A DNA stretch of 64,000 bases from Pirellulales bacterium (GCA_040901675.1 JBBDYJ010000039.1:17829-81828), one strand, 5' to 3'; positions 10,460-19,959 are shown, numbered from the stretch's first letter. The notes: generated by a model not told the origin, from the sequence alone. Translations and numbers: made by a program.

Positions 10460-12825
10460 AATGGTGCTGTTACGGGTGTCTTCGTTGGTGGCGTGCGAAT
10501 CAACTCAAGTTTGTGGTCGCCTATCCTCGTATAAATCCTGTAATTCAACGCCAAGCCATTGACCTGTTCGCACAGCGATTGTAGTTTCCTAGCCGCATCC
10601 AATGCGCTCTTCTTCCTTAAGTAGTCTGCCCGCACGTGGGGCGACATATCAATTTCCAGAAGTGTTTTTGCTTGACTCTCATTCTCTTGGACCTTTTCGA
10701 TGTGCCGGCGCACACGCTCAAGAAAAGTGAGCTCCAAACCATCGCCAGAATGGAACGGTAAAGCCCATGCTATATCGGTTCCTGAGAACTCAACGCCGAG
10801 CCGTTGGAAGTTCCAGGTGAGACCAGCGTGAAACTCAAGCGTTGGACGAGCCACCGCATCGCTTGTTAAAGAGAACTTTACGCGACGTGCATCGTGCTGT
10901 TGTTTGACGTAAACCGAATCGCCATCGAAGGGTAATATCTCCACGAATAGAAGCGCTTTCGGCGGCAGATTGGGAATTCTTGGCAAGATCCGTCGGAGTT
11001 CTTTTGTGCCCGGTTCCGTAAGAAATGGCCCGATGGGCAGCGGTTCACTTTCGGCGGGCTTCCGTAGTGCAATTAGTGCTGTCTGCAAAGGAACCGCCTG
11101 CTCGTCTGAGACGCCGGAGTGAAGGCGTGCTTCAAGGATCGAGTTCGACAACATCGCATTTTCTATTCCGTCACCCTTGCTGGTCCAAAGGAACGCGAGA
11201 GCCCCGTCGCGAAGCGACAATTCTGCGACGTCCTGCTCCGAAACGCCGGTTTCACTCTCGGCTGTACTCTGCGCAACTACGTTCCAGCGGCGAGATTGCC
11301 TGGCACTTTCATCCTCCTTAATTGCAAACGACCAACCATTGATCGTTGACGAATGAAGTTGCAAGGAGCAGACGAGCGACTCCGGGACGTTCAGCGGCGC
11401 CAATCTGGTTTCTTCGTTAATTGCCGTCGCTGTATCCGAAAAGGTCGGCAAGTCCACCGCCGTAGGCAGGACTCGAAGTGCATCGGCCGCTTCTTGACCC
11501 GAGAGATCTATCTTCTCCGTCGGTGCAGGCACCGGCTCGGGATTGACAGGAGCCGGTTTTTCTTGGGAAGGCAGTGGCGAGGCACCGGTTGCAGGTTTGC
11601 TCGAGCCCGCCACCTTGTTCGAGTGAGGCTTCTCCCCGGTCTCCGGCGTGGGCGCAACGCTGGCCTTCGTCGGAGTCTGGGGCTTCGAAGGCGCCTCCGA
11701 CGCACCGCCCGTAATCAAACCTGTGGTTGCATTGTGCTGCATCAGCCAAATCGCGGCGCCGCCACCGATCAAAGTGAGCGCAAACAGGCTGCACGCCAGG
11801 ACCAGGGGCCAGCGGCGCTTGCGCTTTTTCTTGAAGGTCCTCAATTGGGGCGGCGAGGTGCGAAAGGCGGTAGCGCCTGGCTTGAGAGGTGGCGGGCCGA
11901 TCCCCACGGGAATCGATGCGCCCGCGACGGCGACTTGAGGGAGACCCGAGGGCGGGAGTGAGGGAGCCGGCCACGCGTCGACGTCATCTTGTGGATCGGG
12001 CGCCGAAGGCGCGGCGGCCTTCTGGGCGACGACCACGCCGGTCCGGGCGGCCTCGATCAGCCAGCCGCCGGGCGGCCGGCCGGCCGGCCGGCAGAGATCG
12101 ATCACGGTAATGTGCGGCGAGCGGCGGGCCGCTAAAATCTCGGGCGTGCCTTCCAACATGCAACGCCACTTGCAGTCGATGCCGGGCGGCAGCTTGGTGA
12201 AATACGTGCTGAACGTGATGCCCCAGCGGTTCTCGGCAGGCAACAGGTTGAGAGACTCGACCAAGAGCGGCAGCATCTCCATGCCGGGCCGAAAGACGAT
12301 CACCGCCTGCCGGAGCGGGTCGAGCGCCGTCTCGGCCAGCACGCCGCCCCAACCCGCGTCGCCGGCGAGCTGCCGCCAAGCCTGGCAGATGCCCGCGGCC
12401 GCCGCCCCTGTCGGCGGCTTTCGACCAGCGGCCAGGATGCGCGGCTCGCCGTCCCACGTCTCTTCGAGAAAGCCGGGGGCCGAGATGAGCCAGGCCGGTC
12501 CGGCCGCCGGCAGCTCGCTCGGATCGAGCACGACGTGGTGCGCGAACTTGTTGGCCCGCTGCGTGTAATCGAGCCCGTGGGCCGAGATGCGCGACAAGAC
12601 GTGCAGCGTCCGCCCGCCGACGCTGAGCCGCAGGTGCGAGTGGACCACCGGGTTCCAATGCGCCTTGGGATCCTGCGGCGGAAACACCTGGCGGTAGCCG
12701 CTGAGCGATTCCAGCCGCTCGGCCAGGTTCTTGGCCATGCCCTGCGTGCTGACGACGGTGCAGAAGCCCCGGCTGCCCGGCTTGAGCCCCCGCGGCGCCG
12801 ACGTGTAGATGATCTCCTGGCTCAT
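10456..12825 (-). CDS. GAP1-N2-like (GTPase-associated protein 1) domain protein with Pro-rich linker, TM and variable C-terminal domain
   Basis: N-terminus 'MSQEIIYTSAPRGLKPGSRGFCTV...LESLSGY' and 'DYTQRANKFAHHVVL', 'RWGITFSTY' match my recollection of GAP1-N2/GAP1-M; polybasic KKKRKRR precedes the TM; ATGA overlap with the GTPase gene. Confidence 0.7.
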   Translation of the reverse strand: MSQEIIYTSAPRGLKPGSRGFCTVVSTQGMAKNLAERLESLSGYRQVFPPQDPKAHWNPVVHSHLRLSVGGRTLHVLSRISAHGLDYTQRANKFAHHVVLDPSELPAAGPAWLISAPGFLEETWDGEPRILAAGRKPPTGAAAAGICQAWRQLAGDAGWGGVLAETALDPLRQAVIVFRPGMEMLPLLVESLNLLPAENRWGITFSTYFTKLPPGIDCKWRCMLEGTPEILAARRSPHITVIDLCRPAGRPPGGWLIEAARTGVVVAQKAAAPSAPDPQDDVDAWPAPSLPPSGLPQVAVAGASIPVGIGPPPLKPGATAFRTSPPQLRTFKKKRKRRWPLVLACSLFALTLIGGGAAIWLMQHNATTGLITGGASEAPSKPQTPTKASVAPTPETGEKPHSNKVAGSSKPATGASPLPSQEKPAPVNPEPVPAPTEKIDLSGQEAADALRVLPTAVDLPTFSDTATAINEETRLAPLNVPESLVCSLQLHSSTINGWSFAIKEDESARQSRRWNVVAQSTAESETGVSEQDVAELSLRDGALAFLWTSKGDGIENAMLSNSILEARLHSGVSDEQAVPLQTALIALRKPAESEPLPIGPFLTEPGTKELRRILPRIPNLPPKALLFVEILPFDGDSVYVKQQHDARRVKFSLTSDAVARPTLEFHAGLTWNFQRLGVEFSGTDIAWALPFHSGDGLELTFLERVRRHIEKVQENESQAKTLLEIDMSPHVRADYLRKKSALDAARKLQSLCEQVNGLALNYRIYTRIGDHKLELIRTPPTKTPVTAPL

Positions 12826-14204
12826 CGGCCGGGCCTCGCGGGGGGCACGGCTCCAAGCCGGGCGATGGCACTTTGATCGGCGCTGACTTCAGGATCGCCG
12901 TTGCGCGATGGGCCTGACTTGGGCTTCAGGTAAGGAATCAGTCCCCGCAAGTAGCGGCTCATCACGTACAACAGCGGCACCTCCGCCCAGACAGGATGGA
13001 TGTCGCAGGGCCGGATGCCCAACGCGCCGGTGCCAGGATCGACTTCGGGGCCGCGGCCCATCGCGCTCACCGGGATATAGACCACGGTATCGGCGAAGCT
13101 TTCGGCCGCCGAAACAATCTCGGGCGACAGATCCCAGAGCAGCGAGCGGACGGCTCGAGAGCGGCGCTCGATCAACTCCAGATCCAGGCCGCAGACCGCG
13201 CTGCGGCGGCTGGCGACCCAAGGCGTCTCCAACGCTTCGCCAGGCAGCAGTGCGGACCACGAATCGTGCTTGGTGACGACCACCACCAAGGGGCGAGGGT
13301 GCTTGGCGCGGTGGGCCAGGCCGCCGTGTCGGCGGACTCGTTCGGCCGCCTCCAGCAGGATGCTGTCCTGCCGGATCGGCCGCTCGCGCGCCAGGCGCGT
13401 GGAGCGCAGCGCCATCTGGGGGTCGTCCGTTTTGCCTTGGCAGGCCTTCCGGAAGCGCACGTCCTGCGTGGGATCGAACAAGAAGAACAGCGCCCGGCTC
13501 AGGGCCAGGTGCCGGGTGACCGGACTCGAGGCCGTATCGGCGCCAGGCAGAAAACTCTCGCCGGCGTTGTCGTACAGGCAGAGCGTCCGCGACATGCGAT
13601 CGGCCCTGGCAAAGTTGGGGTGCGTTTCCAGCGGCCGCAGGGTAAACACAAAGGGCCGGGGGTACCTGATCGCCTGGTCTTCGTACAGCACGGTGTCGTA
13701 CAGGTCGCCTTGCTCCTCGGTTTTCCGGATGGAAACAAGCTTGTCCTGCTGGGGGTTGAGGAACTGCTGTTCCTCGTATTCGTTGAGGATATGGTTCAGC
13801 GCGGGATCCGCGTCGCTGAAGCTGACGCCGAAGCACTTGGGCAGCGTCCGCCTCAACTGCCAGGTCATGGCGGCCAGCAGATACGATTTACCGCAAGAGG
13901 GGGCGCCGAGGATCGACAGGAAGAGCGGCTCCATCTCCACGAATGCCCGCGGGATGCCGAGGTGGCAGCCGGGACAGGCCAGGCCGTGACAGATAAAACC
14001 GCGGGGATCGATGGCGGAGCCCGCCGGGTTAAAGCGGGTGGGCAGAAACCGCTGCTGCTGGTCGCCGCCCAGCCGCGGATCGCCCAGCAAGTCGGGATGC
14101 TGGCTGATCCAAAGCACTTCTTCGGGCGCGAACCTCGACCAGCAATGAGGGCAAACGACTCTGGCCTGGACGGCGATGGAAGTTTGAGCGCGGGCCTGGG
14201 CCAT
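12822..14204 (-). CDS. TRAFAC-class GTPase (double-GTPase/conflict-system type) with N-terminal Zn ribbon
   Basis: CPHC...CPGC; G1 'GAPSCGKS', G3 'LYDNAGE', G4 'VTKHD', G5 'VSAMG'. Confidence 0.8.
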   Translation of the reverse strand: MAQARAQTSIAVQARVVCPHCWSRFAPEEVLWISQHPDLLGDPRLGGDQQQRFLPTRFNPAGSAIDPRGFICHGLACPGCHLGIPRAFVEMEPLFLSILGAPSCGKSYLLAAMTWQLRRTLPKCFGVSFSDADPALNHILNEYEEQQFLNPQQDKLVSIRKTEEQGDLYDTVLYEDQAIRYPRPFVFTLRPLETHPNFARADRMSRTLCLYDNAGESFLPGADTASSPVTRHLALSRALFFLFDPTQDVRFRKACQGKTDDPQMALRSTRLARERPIRQDSILLEAAERVRRHGGLAHRAKHPRPLVVVVTKHDSWSALLPGEALETPWVASRRSAVCGLDLELIERRSRAVRSLLWDLSPEIVSAAESFADTVVYIPVSAMGRGPEVDPGTGALGIRPCDIHPVWAEVPLLYVMSRYLRGLIPYLKPKSGPSRNGDPEVSADQSAIARLGAVPPARPGR

Positions 14205-14216
14205 GATCTGCCCCCA

Positions 14217-14867
14217 TTACTTCACTTGAAGGGTCTTGCCCCTCGTCTCTTGGCTGGTTTGGCGGTCTTCAGTCGCGCGCTCGCCGTATTGCTCCGTCCG
14301 TTTCAGCAGCGTTTGCGCCAGCTCCGCGCAGTCATCGTCCGACCTGGCGTGCCACTGCGCGGTTTTCCAGCCGCGGACCGAGCGTTCGAAAGCTTTGCCG
14401 TAATCGCCGCTCGAGGCCGCCCGCTCGGCCTCGTTCAACATCCGCCGCGCATCCCGGGCCGCGCGTCGCGGATCGGCGGGAATACCGGCAGGCGGACTGG
14501 TTCCATGTGACTCGACCGGAAAGCTTCCCGCTTGACCCTTTGGCGGCCCTTGGTTTTGACCGGGTTCGCGCCCGGCGTGCCGGTGCGCTACCGACCGCAG
14601 CGTGGAAGAGCCGGCTGCTCCCGGCGCTTGGTTTTTCTCCGCGCCACCATTGCCGCCATCGCAGCACTCCGCCTCCGGCGTTGTCGACGCCTTCGTGGCG
14701 GCGACGGGTTCAGGCGGGGCCGGCTTCGCAGGGTTTTTTTCGGTGTCGTTCGAGGCGCGTTTCGTCGACGGTTGATCGACCTCAACATCGCGGGAGCAAG
14801 AACAGCCCCCAGAACAGAGCGCCCACGCAAGAATGAAAGCAACGCCCCAGCCCTGATGGGTAGCCAT
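14217..14867 (-). CDS. Putative lipoprotein, first gene of the GTPase operon
   Basis: Hydrophobic leader ending 'ALCSGGC'; low-complexity linker; C-terminal helical segment; ends 12 bp before the GTPase start. Confidence 0.55.
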   Translation of the reverse strand: MATHQGWGVAFILAWALCSGGCSCSRDVEVDQPSTKRASNDTEKNPAKPAPPEPVAATKASTTPEAECCDGGNGGAEKNQAPGAAGSSTLRSVAHRHAGREPGQNQGPPKGQAGSFPVESHGTSPPAGIPADPRRAARDARRMLNEAERAASSGDYGKAFERSVRGWKTAQWHARSDDDCAELAQTLLKRTEQYGERATEDRQTSQETRGKTLQVK

Positions 14868-15067
14868 TGCCTTGCCTTTCCTGCTTGAAACAGCGTGAGC
14901 CCAGGATGTGAACAGGCATTCACCTGTTGACGGCCGCACCCCATCCTATGCGCTCGCAAGCCGGGTGCAAGCAAAAAATGCTCGCGGTTGGACACTTTTG
15001 CTGGAATCGCAGAAGCCCGCGCGGGAATAATCGATAGGTCTTACCTGAATGATTTGAGGCTTGCAGC

Positions 15068-15508
15068 GTGGAACCATCGAGCGAGAATCCAAACCGGTCG
15101 CCGCGGGGCCGCTTTGCTCCGGTTGTTTCTGAGCAGTTTGGCTGGGGGTCGGCCAGCGCGTCGTTTACCTTCGGTGATACCGTGGTTCACACGGTGACCG
15201 TCGTTATGTCTTTAAATACGGGGCTCGAGGTCTACCTCGTTGACGGCCAGGAAGTACTCCGGCGTCGAAGCTTTGCCCCGTGGGGCTCACGGCGCTTCAG
15301 CATCGAGGGACCGGAGCCCCATCAAGTTGAGATCCGCGTCAAGTGCTTCCCCCTTTCCTCCCAGGCACGAGTTGATGGCGAACTGATCATAAACGATCTG
15401 TTCCCCAGATTTCGCAACGCCGCCATCGTGGCAGTCGTCGTGGGTGGCGCAGGTGCCATAGCAGTCGGCTGGGCACTTGGCCTGGCCGCGCGGTTCTTCT
15501 TCGGGTGA
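15068..15508 (+). CDS. Small hypothetical protein with C-terminal TM anchor
   Basis: Beta-rich 'GLEVYLVDGQEV...HQVEIRV...ARVDGELIINDLFP' followed by a hydrophobic C-terminus. Confidence 0.55.
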   Translation: MEPSSENPNRSPRGRFAPVVSEQFGWGSASASFTFGDTVVHTVTVVMSLNTGLEVYLVDGQEVLRRRSFAPWGSRRFSIEGPEPHQVEIRVKCFPLSSQARVDGELIINDLFPRFRNAAIVAVVVGGAGAIAVGWALGLAARFFFG

Positions 15509-15706
15509 ACGGCGGCCGGAAATACCGCTACAATCCCCCTCGCCGCCGATTTTGACAGCCGCAAAACGCGAACTAGGGTTTACCTGGGACCGCAACCAAT
15601 AGGTCCTTCACGTCGCGTCAGTTCACTTCCGCGGATGCCGGCCGGTAAGGGCCGACACAAGTCGTTTCTGCAAGATGCCTCCCAGCCGGGAGACAGGAGG
15701 ACCCAC

Positions 15707-16357
15707 ATGTGCAAGAGAATGGCAGCATTGATTGCGTTGTCGTCGGCCATCGTTCTGTTGTCGCCTGACATCAGCCAGGCCGGCAAAGGTGGCCGAGGGG
15801 GCGGCGGCAAAGGGCGCGGCGGGGGAGGCCCGTCGGCGAAGGGGCGTTGGTCCGGTCCATCGCGGAGCGATTTCCGAGGCGCCCCGAAGACCCGGATGCC
15901 ACGCGATTTCGAATACTCTCATAAAAAGCCCACGCGGTCATCGGCGGACACCTGGCAGCCCGGCGATAAGTTTGGACCCCGGATCAGCCAGCAAGCTCGC
16001 GACAAGGCTGGCCGCCTCGACGCCGACGGCGATGGCGTTGATGATTATCGCAACTTTGGCGAGCGAGTGAGCGAACAGGCGCACGAGCGCAACGCCGCGC
16101 GGAAGCAGGCGCGCCGGCAGCAGGAAGCTTTGCACGACGAGCTCCCGGACGGAGAGACGCCGGAGCTGGAAGAGTGGCATCCTCGCAACTTCGGCGAGCA
16201 CATCAGCCGCCTGGCCCGTGACAAGGCTGGCCGCCTCGACCTCGACGGCGACGGCATCGACGACTTCCGGAACTTCGGCGAGCGCGTGCGGCACGAAGCT
16301 CTGGAGTGGGAGTCGCGGTTCGCCGAGGACGCTTGGGGCGAAGTCGAGAGCGACTAG
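15707..16357 (+). CDS. Secreted repeat protein with DxDGDGxDD (Ca-binding-like) loops
   Basis: GGAGG RBS, signal peptide, Gly-rich segment; two copies of 'ARDKAGRLDxDGDGxDDxRNFGERV'. Confidence 0.65.
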   Translation: MCKRMAALIALSSAIVLLSPDISQAGKGGRGGGGKGRGGGGPSAKGRWSGPSRSDFRGAPKTRMPRDFEYSHKKPTRSSADTWQPGDKFGPRISQQARDKAGRLDADGDGVDDYRNFGERVSEQAHERNAARKQARRQQEALHDELPDGETPELEEWHPRNFGEHISRLARDKAGRLDLDGDGIDDFRNFGERVRHEALEWESRFAEDAWGEVESD

Positions 16358-16475
16358 CGGGGGCAACGACGCGAAGGGGGGAAGGGGCGAGCGGGGGAAG
16401 GGGGGATACAGGGACGGCCCTGGCCGTCACTGAGCCCTCCATGCCCCGCGGCCGCGCCTCTCCCGCGATGCCTGC

Positions 16476-16578
16476 GGACCGGATAAATCCGGTCACTACG
16501 AACGGCTTCGCGGATATCGGGACTGACGCGCCCGGCGGGGTGCCTTGGGACCGGATCAATCCGGTCACTACGAACGGC
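16476..16578 (-). repeat. Two copies of a GTAG-type REP (GTAGTGACCGGATTNATCCGGTCC), family A
   Basis: 31-bp copies at 16476-16506 and 16548-16578, one mismatch in the loop; GTAG plus a palindrome on the minus strand; the second copy supplies the TAG stop of the adjacent gene. Confidence 0.8.
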
Positions 16579-18019
16579 CTGGCTCGTCGAGGTGCTTGAG
16601 CTCGCCTGGCGCGGGGGCGAACTTGCGGGCGATCGTCCGGCGGACGTGGCGGTCGTCGATGCGGGTGAGGCGCCAGGCGATCCACCAAAGAGCGGCGGTG
16701 ACGATCACGAACAGCGCGCCGGCCAGCGCGGCGGGCACCGCCGAACCGGGCGGCGGTGGACCAATCCACTCCGCCTCGCGCCCGATCAGCAGGGGCGCCC
16801 ATTGGCGCGCGTCCGGCCCTTTGGTCTTCGACTCCTCGGAGCGATAAGTCCAGACCTTGAGGAAGAAGGCGGCGATCCGCACCGGCTCGGAGATCCGCTC
16901 GCCGCCGGGCATCCCCCCGGGCAGCTCTCGCACGCAGAACACCATGGGAAAGCTGCTCCGAAGCTGGCCATCAACGTTCAGCAGCTCCTCGAGCTCGACG
17001 GAGACTTCCACCTCGTAATAGTGGTCGATGCCGAAACGCTCGACGATGTCCGGATCTTCCACCCTGACCGGCAACGCCCGCCGGGCCGTGCCCGCGAACG
17101 ACAGCAGCTTGCCCGCATGTTGGCGCGGGTTTTGAAGCAGTGGGATGACTCGATCGCGCCGCCCCGCCGTGAGCCGCGGCAAATCGCCGGCGCCGGCACG
17201 CCCCGCGGCCGCCAGCAACTGGTAAAAGCACTCGAGGTCCGAGAAGTCTTTTTCGGCCCCGGGCGCCGACTGCGTGATAGCCCCGCGCGGCAGGACCTGG
17301 TCGAACAGCCCCACGTCCATCTTCAAGTCGCCCAGCACGTTCTTGGGATACCAGGCCACGCGCTGGGCGGCAAAGATCGGCTGCGGCCCGGATTCATCGC
17401 CGGAAAGCTTCAGAAAAAAGCCCCGCACGCTCACGCGTTCATCGACGGGCGCGTCGAGCTTCCACTGCCGAGGCACCGCCAGCGCGTACACCGTGGCCGG
17501 GGACGCCGGCTCGCCGATTTCCAGCCGGCAGCGATAGACGCGCGCCAGGTCGAAGCGAGTCAGCATCTCGGCGGGCAGCTCGGCCGGCGCGACGTGGGTC
17601 ACGCGTCCCGACAGCTCGAAGATGTTGCCCCGCTGGTGCTGGGGATCGGCTGCCAACCGCCGGGGCGACGCGCCGTCGAGCTTCCAGCGATCGATGTCGA
17701 GCAGTGAAAACCGGCGTACGGCGGCGAGGATCCGCAGCAGCGGCTCGCGCTCGTCGTCGGTCAGTGGGCCGCCGTCGGCCAGCGCGTCGAAGACCGCGTC
17801 GCCGGCGCCGAACAGGTCGAGCAGCTCGCGGGGTCCGGAAACGCCTTTCGTCGCGGCGCCCGCGGCGGGCGACTCTTGACCGCCCAGCGCGGCCGGGCCG
17901 GCAGAGCCCGCCACGGCGACCCAAAGCAAAGCGGCGGCCAGCGCGCCGGCCCATCCGAGGGCGGAGAGCCTGGCTCGGCCCGCGGCGCGGCTAGCTCGAA
18001 GCATCGGGTGAAGGCTCAT
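16568..18019 (-). CDS. Conserved planctomycete hypothetical membrane protein
   Basis: Signal-like leader, two repeats ending in 'GFFLK'/'AFFLKVWTY', C-terminal TM. Confidence 0.7.
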   Translation of the reverse strand: MSLHPMLRASRAAGRARLSALGWAGALAAALLWVAVAGSAGPAALGGQESPAAGAATKGVSGPRELLDLFGAGDAVFDALADGGPLTDDEREPLLRILAAVRRFSLLDIDRWKLDGASPRRLAADPQHQRGNIFELSGRVTHVAPAELPAEMLTRFDLARVYRCRLEIGEPASPATVYALAVPRQWKLDAPVDERVSVRGFFLKLSGDESGPQPIFAAQRVAWYPKNVLGDLKMDVGLFDQVLPRGAITQSAPGAEKDFSDLECFYQLLAAAGRAGAGDLPRLTAGRRDRVIPLLQNPRQHAGKLLSFAGTARRALPVRVEDPDIVERFGIDHYYEVEVSVELEELLNVDGQLRSSFPMVFCVRELPGGMPGGERISEPVRIAAFFLKVWTYRSEESKTKGPDARQWAPLLIGREAEWIGPPPPGSAVPAALAGALFVIVTAALWWIAWRLTRIDDRHVRRTIARKFAPAPGELKHLDEPGRS

Positions 18020-18028
18020 GAGGTTTTT

Positions 18029-19030
18029 TTAATCCGTCTCTCTGCCTTCTGACCCCTGACCCCCTGACGCCTGACTCCCGGCTCCTGGCTGTTCGCGGGC
18101 CAGCCGATTGAGCTCGTGCCGCAGCCGTTTTTCGGCCTCGAGGTCGGCGGCCGGTTTTCTGAAGGCGCAGCGCGCCCGGCGCGGCGTGCGAGCCACGATC
18201 AACAGCACAACCGCCAGGCTCAAGCCGAAAGCAAGCAGGACGGCGCTGCTGATTCCCATGTTGGCGGCGGGCTCGGCGGGCCGCGCGGCGGGCGGCGGCT
18301 CCCAGTGCACGTTGCGGGCCAGGATCAGCGGAGCCGTGCGGATGCCGTCGCCGGCCAGGTAGGCCCAGCGCTTGTAGAAGAAACCGCTCAGCTCGATCGG
18401 TTCGTCGAAGTCGGCCGTTTCGTTGGGCCGCATGCGGCCGGCCAGGCCGCGCGGCGGCTCGAGGCACCAGGCCACCAGCGGGTCGGCCTCGTCGGCCGGC
18501 TGGATCCAGAGTTGAAAGAACTCGCCGATGCCATAATCGTTGGCGGCGGCCTGCAGCCGCGAACCGCGCCGCAGCACGCCGCGGATGCTCACCAGGTCGC
18601 CCCGGTACTCGCGCGGCTGCGCGAACAACTGCGAGCGGGTGACGAGCCCCGTGCTGGCCTGGTCGATCGCTTCGGCCGGCGTGTCGGCCAGGATCCGGAG
18701 CAAATGATAGAAAGCGTCGGCCTCGTCGGAGCGAAACGGGGTGTCGTCGCGCACGTCGCGCAGCAGCTCGGCTCGGACGCCGGGAAAAAGCAGATCGCGA
18801 CCACCCGGCCGCGCCGGAGCCTTGGCGGCCCGCTCGACCACGGCACCGCCGTCGCGGGCGACATTGCCGCCCGCGGCCCAGAGCCATTGCCAGCGCTCGG
18901 CCCGGCCGGCCTGACCGATCAGCAGCATCACCAGCCCCAGCGACAGGACCAGAAACAACAGCCGCCGCTGCTCGCGGCGACCGAGATAGTTGGGCGGGCG
19001 CTTGCTGCGTTTGGCGGAAAAATTGAGCAC
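18029..19030 (-). CDS. Conserved planctomycete hypothetical membrane protein, paralogous domain to the neighbour
   Basis: N- and C-terminal TMs; 'YRGDLVSIRG...GFFYKRWAY...APLILAR' resembles the neighbour's 'HAGKLLSFAG...FFLKVWTY...APLLIGR'; start uncertain. Confidence 0.65.
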   Translation of the reverse strand: MLNFSAKRSKRPPNYLGRREQRRLLFLVLSLGLVMLLIGQAGRAERWQWLWAAGGNVARDGGAVVERAAKAPARPGGRDLLFPGVRAELLRDVRDDTPFRSDEADAFYHLLRILADTPAEAIDQASTGLVTRSQLFAQPREYRGDLVSIRGVLRRGSRLQAAANDYGIGEFFQLWIQPADEADPLVAWCLEPPRGLAGRMRPNETADFDEPIELSGFFYKRWAYLAGDGIRTAPLILARNVHWEPPPAARPAEPAANMGISSAVLLAFGLSLAVVLLIVARTPRRARCAFRKPAADLEAEKRLRHELNRLAREQPGAGSQASGGQGSEGRETD

Positions 19031-19144
19031 GATGCCGACTGTCGGAATATGGTGCTGTTTCGAGGCCGAAAGCCGCGGACGGGAACACTTGATTCTATGC
19101 GGCGATCGGCGGGCCAACAAGTTTGGCGGGAGCCGGGTAGTGTC

Positions 19145-19618
19145 CTAAGAGTGTGTTGCTGGGCTCTCTGGCTTGCGCTTGTCCCGATGAACTCGGCCAA
19201 GCACAAAGATCGAAACAAGGCCCGTCAGGCCGCTACCGCCTATCACGGAGCCGGCGACTTCTGCGCCTAGAGATGCGGCCACCGTGCCGCCGACGATGGC
19301 AGCCACGCCGATTGCCAAGCCGCACAGTTGCCCGCGCTTGGTTTCCGTGCGCTGGGCCTTTTGTTCTTCGACCTGGGCTTCAACTGCTCTGGCTTCCAGT
19401 GCCTGACGGTGCGTGGCCTGCCCTTCCGCCATTGCAATAATCCTGCCGGCGGCCCCAGGAGAAACCTGATCGTACTGGCCTAGCACTTCTGGCGGGGGTA
19501 GGGGGCCAGCAAAACTCGTCCTGATCTGCTGGATGCGCGTTTCATGCGACTCGCGCTGCGGTCTGGTGGCAGGCAAATGTGGAGAGGCCGGTTCGCGTCG
19601 TCGCTTACCCTTCGACAT
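19145..19618 (-). CDS. DUF2335 family membrane protein
   Basis: 'FAGPLPPPEVLGQYDQVSPGAAGRIIAMAEGQATHRQALE' plus two C-terminal TMs. Confidence 0.8.
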   Translation of the reverse strand: MSKGKRRREPASPHLPATRPQRESHETRIQQIRTSFAGPLPPPEVLGQYDQVSPGAAGRIIAMAEGQATHRQALEARAVEAQVEEQKAQRTETKRGQLCGLAIGVAAIVGGTVAASLGAEVAGSVIGGSGLTGLVSIFVLGRVHRDKRKPESPATHS

Positions 19619-19808
19619 GCTCGTGTTGTGATTCGTACTCCGCAATAGCGGCGTACAGGTCATCTCCGACAGCTTGCCAGTCCAATCGCAGGGACTCGGC
19701 GTCCGAGCGGGCGATAATCTCTTGGGCTACGTGGCTGGTTTGTGGTGGGGGCAGGATGGCCAGCACCGAACCTAAGCCCCTGAAGAAGCACTTCAAGCGA
19801 TTTGCCAT
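19605..19808 (-). CDS. Small protein coupled to the DUF2335 gene
   Basis: 67 aa, 'FFRGLGSVLAI...SDAESLRLDWQAVGDDLYAAI'; overlaps the DUF2335 start by 14 bp. Confidence 0.6.
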   Translation of the reverse strand: MANRLKCFFRGLGSVLAILPPPQTSHVAQEIIARSDAESLRLDWQAVGDDLYAAIAEYESQHEHVEG

Positions 19809-19959
19809 GATTGGATTGTCCGCCGGAAAAACGCCCACACTTGCGAATCGGCCATCAATGGCGCTTGAAAACGGTTGCCTCCCCTGCGTCTAACGCAATT
19901 GTACCGCGCCCAAAGCCTACAGGGGGCGGGAATCCAGGTCAACGCCCTTAGCCGCCAGC

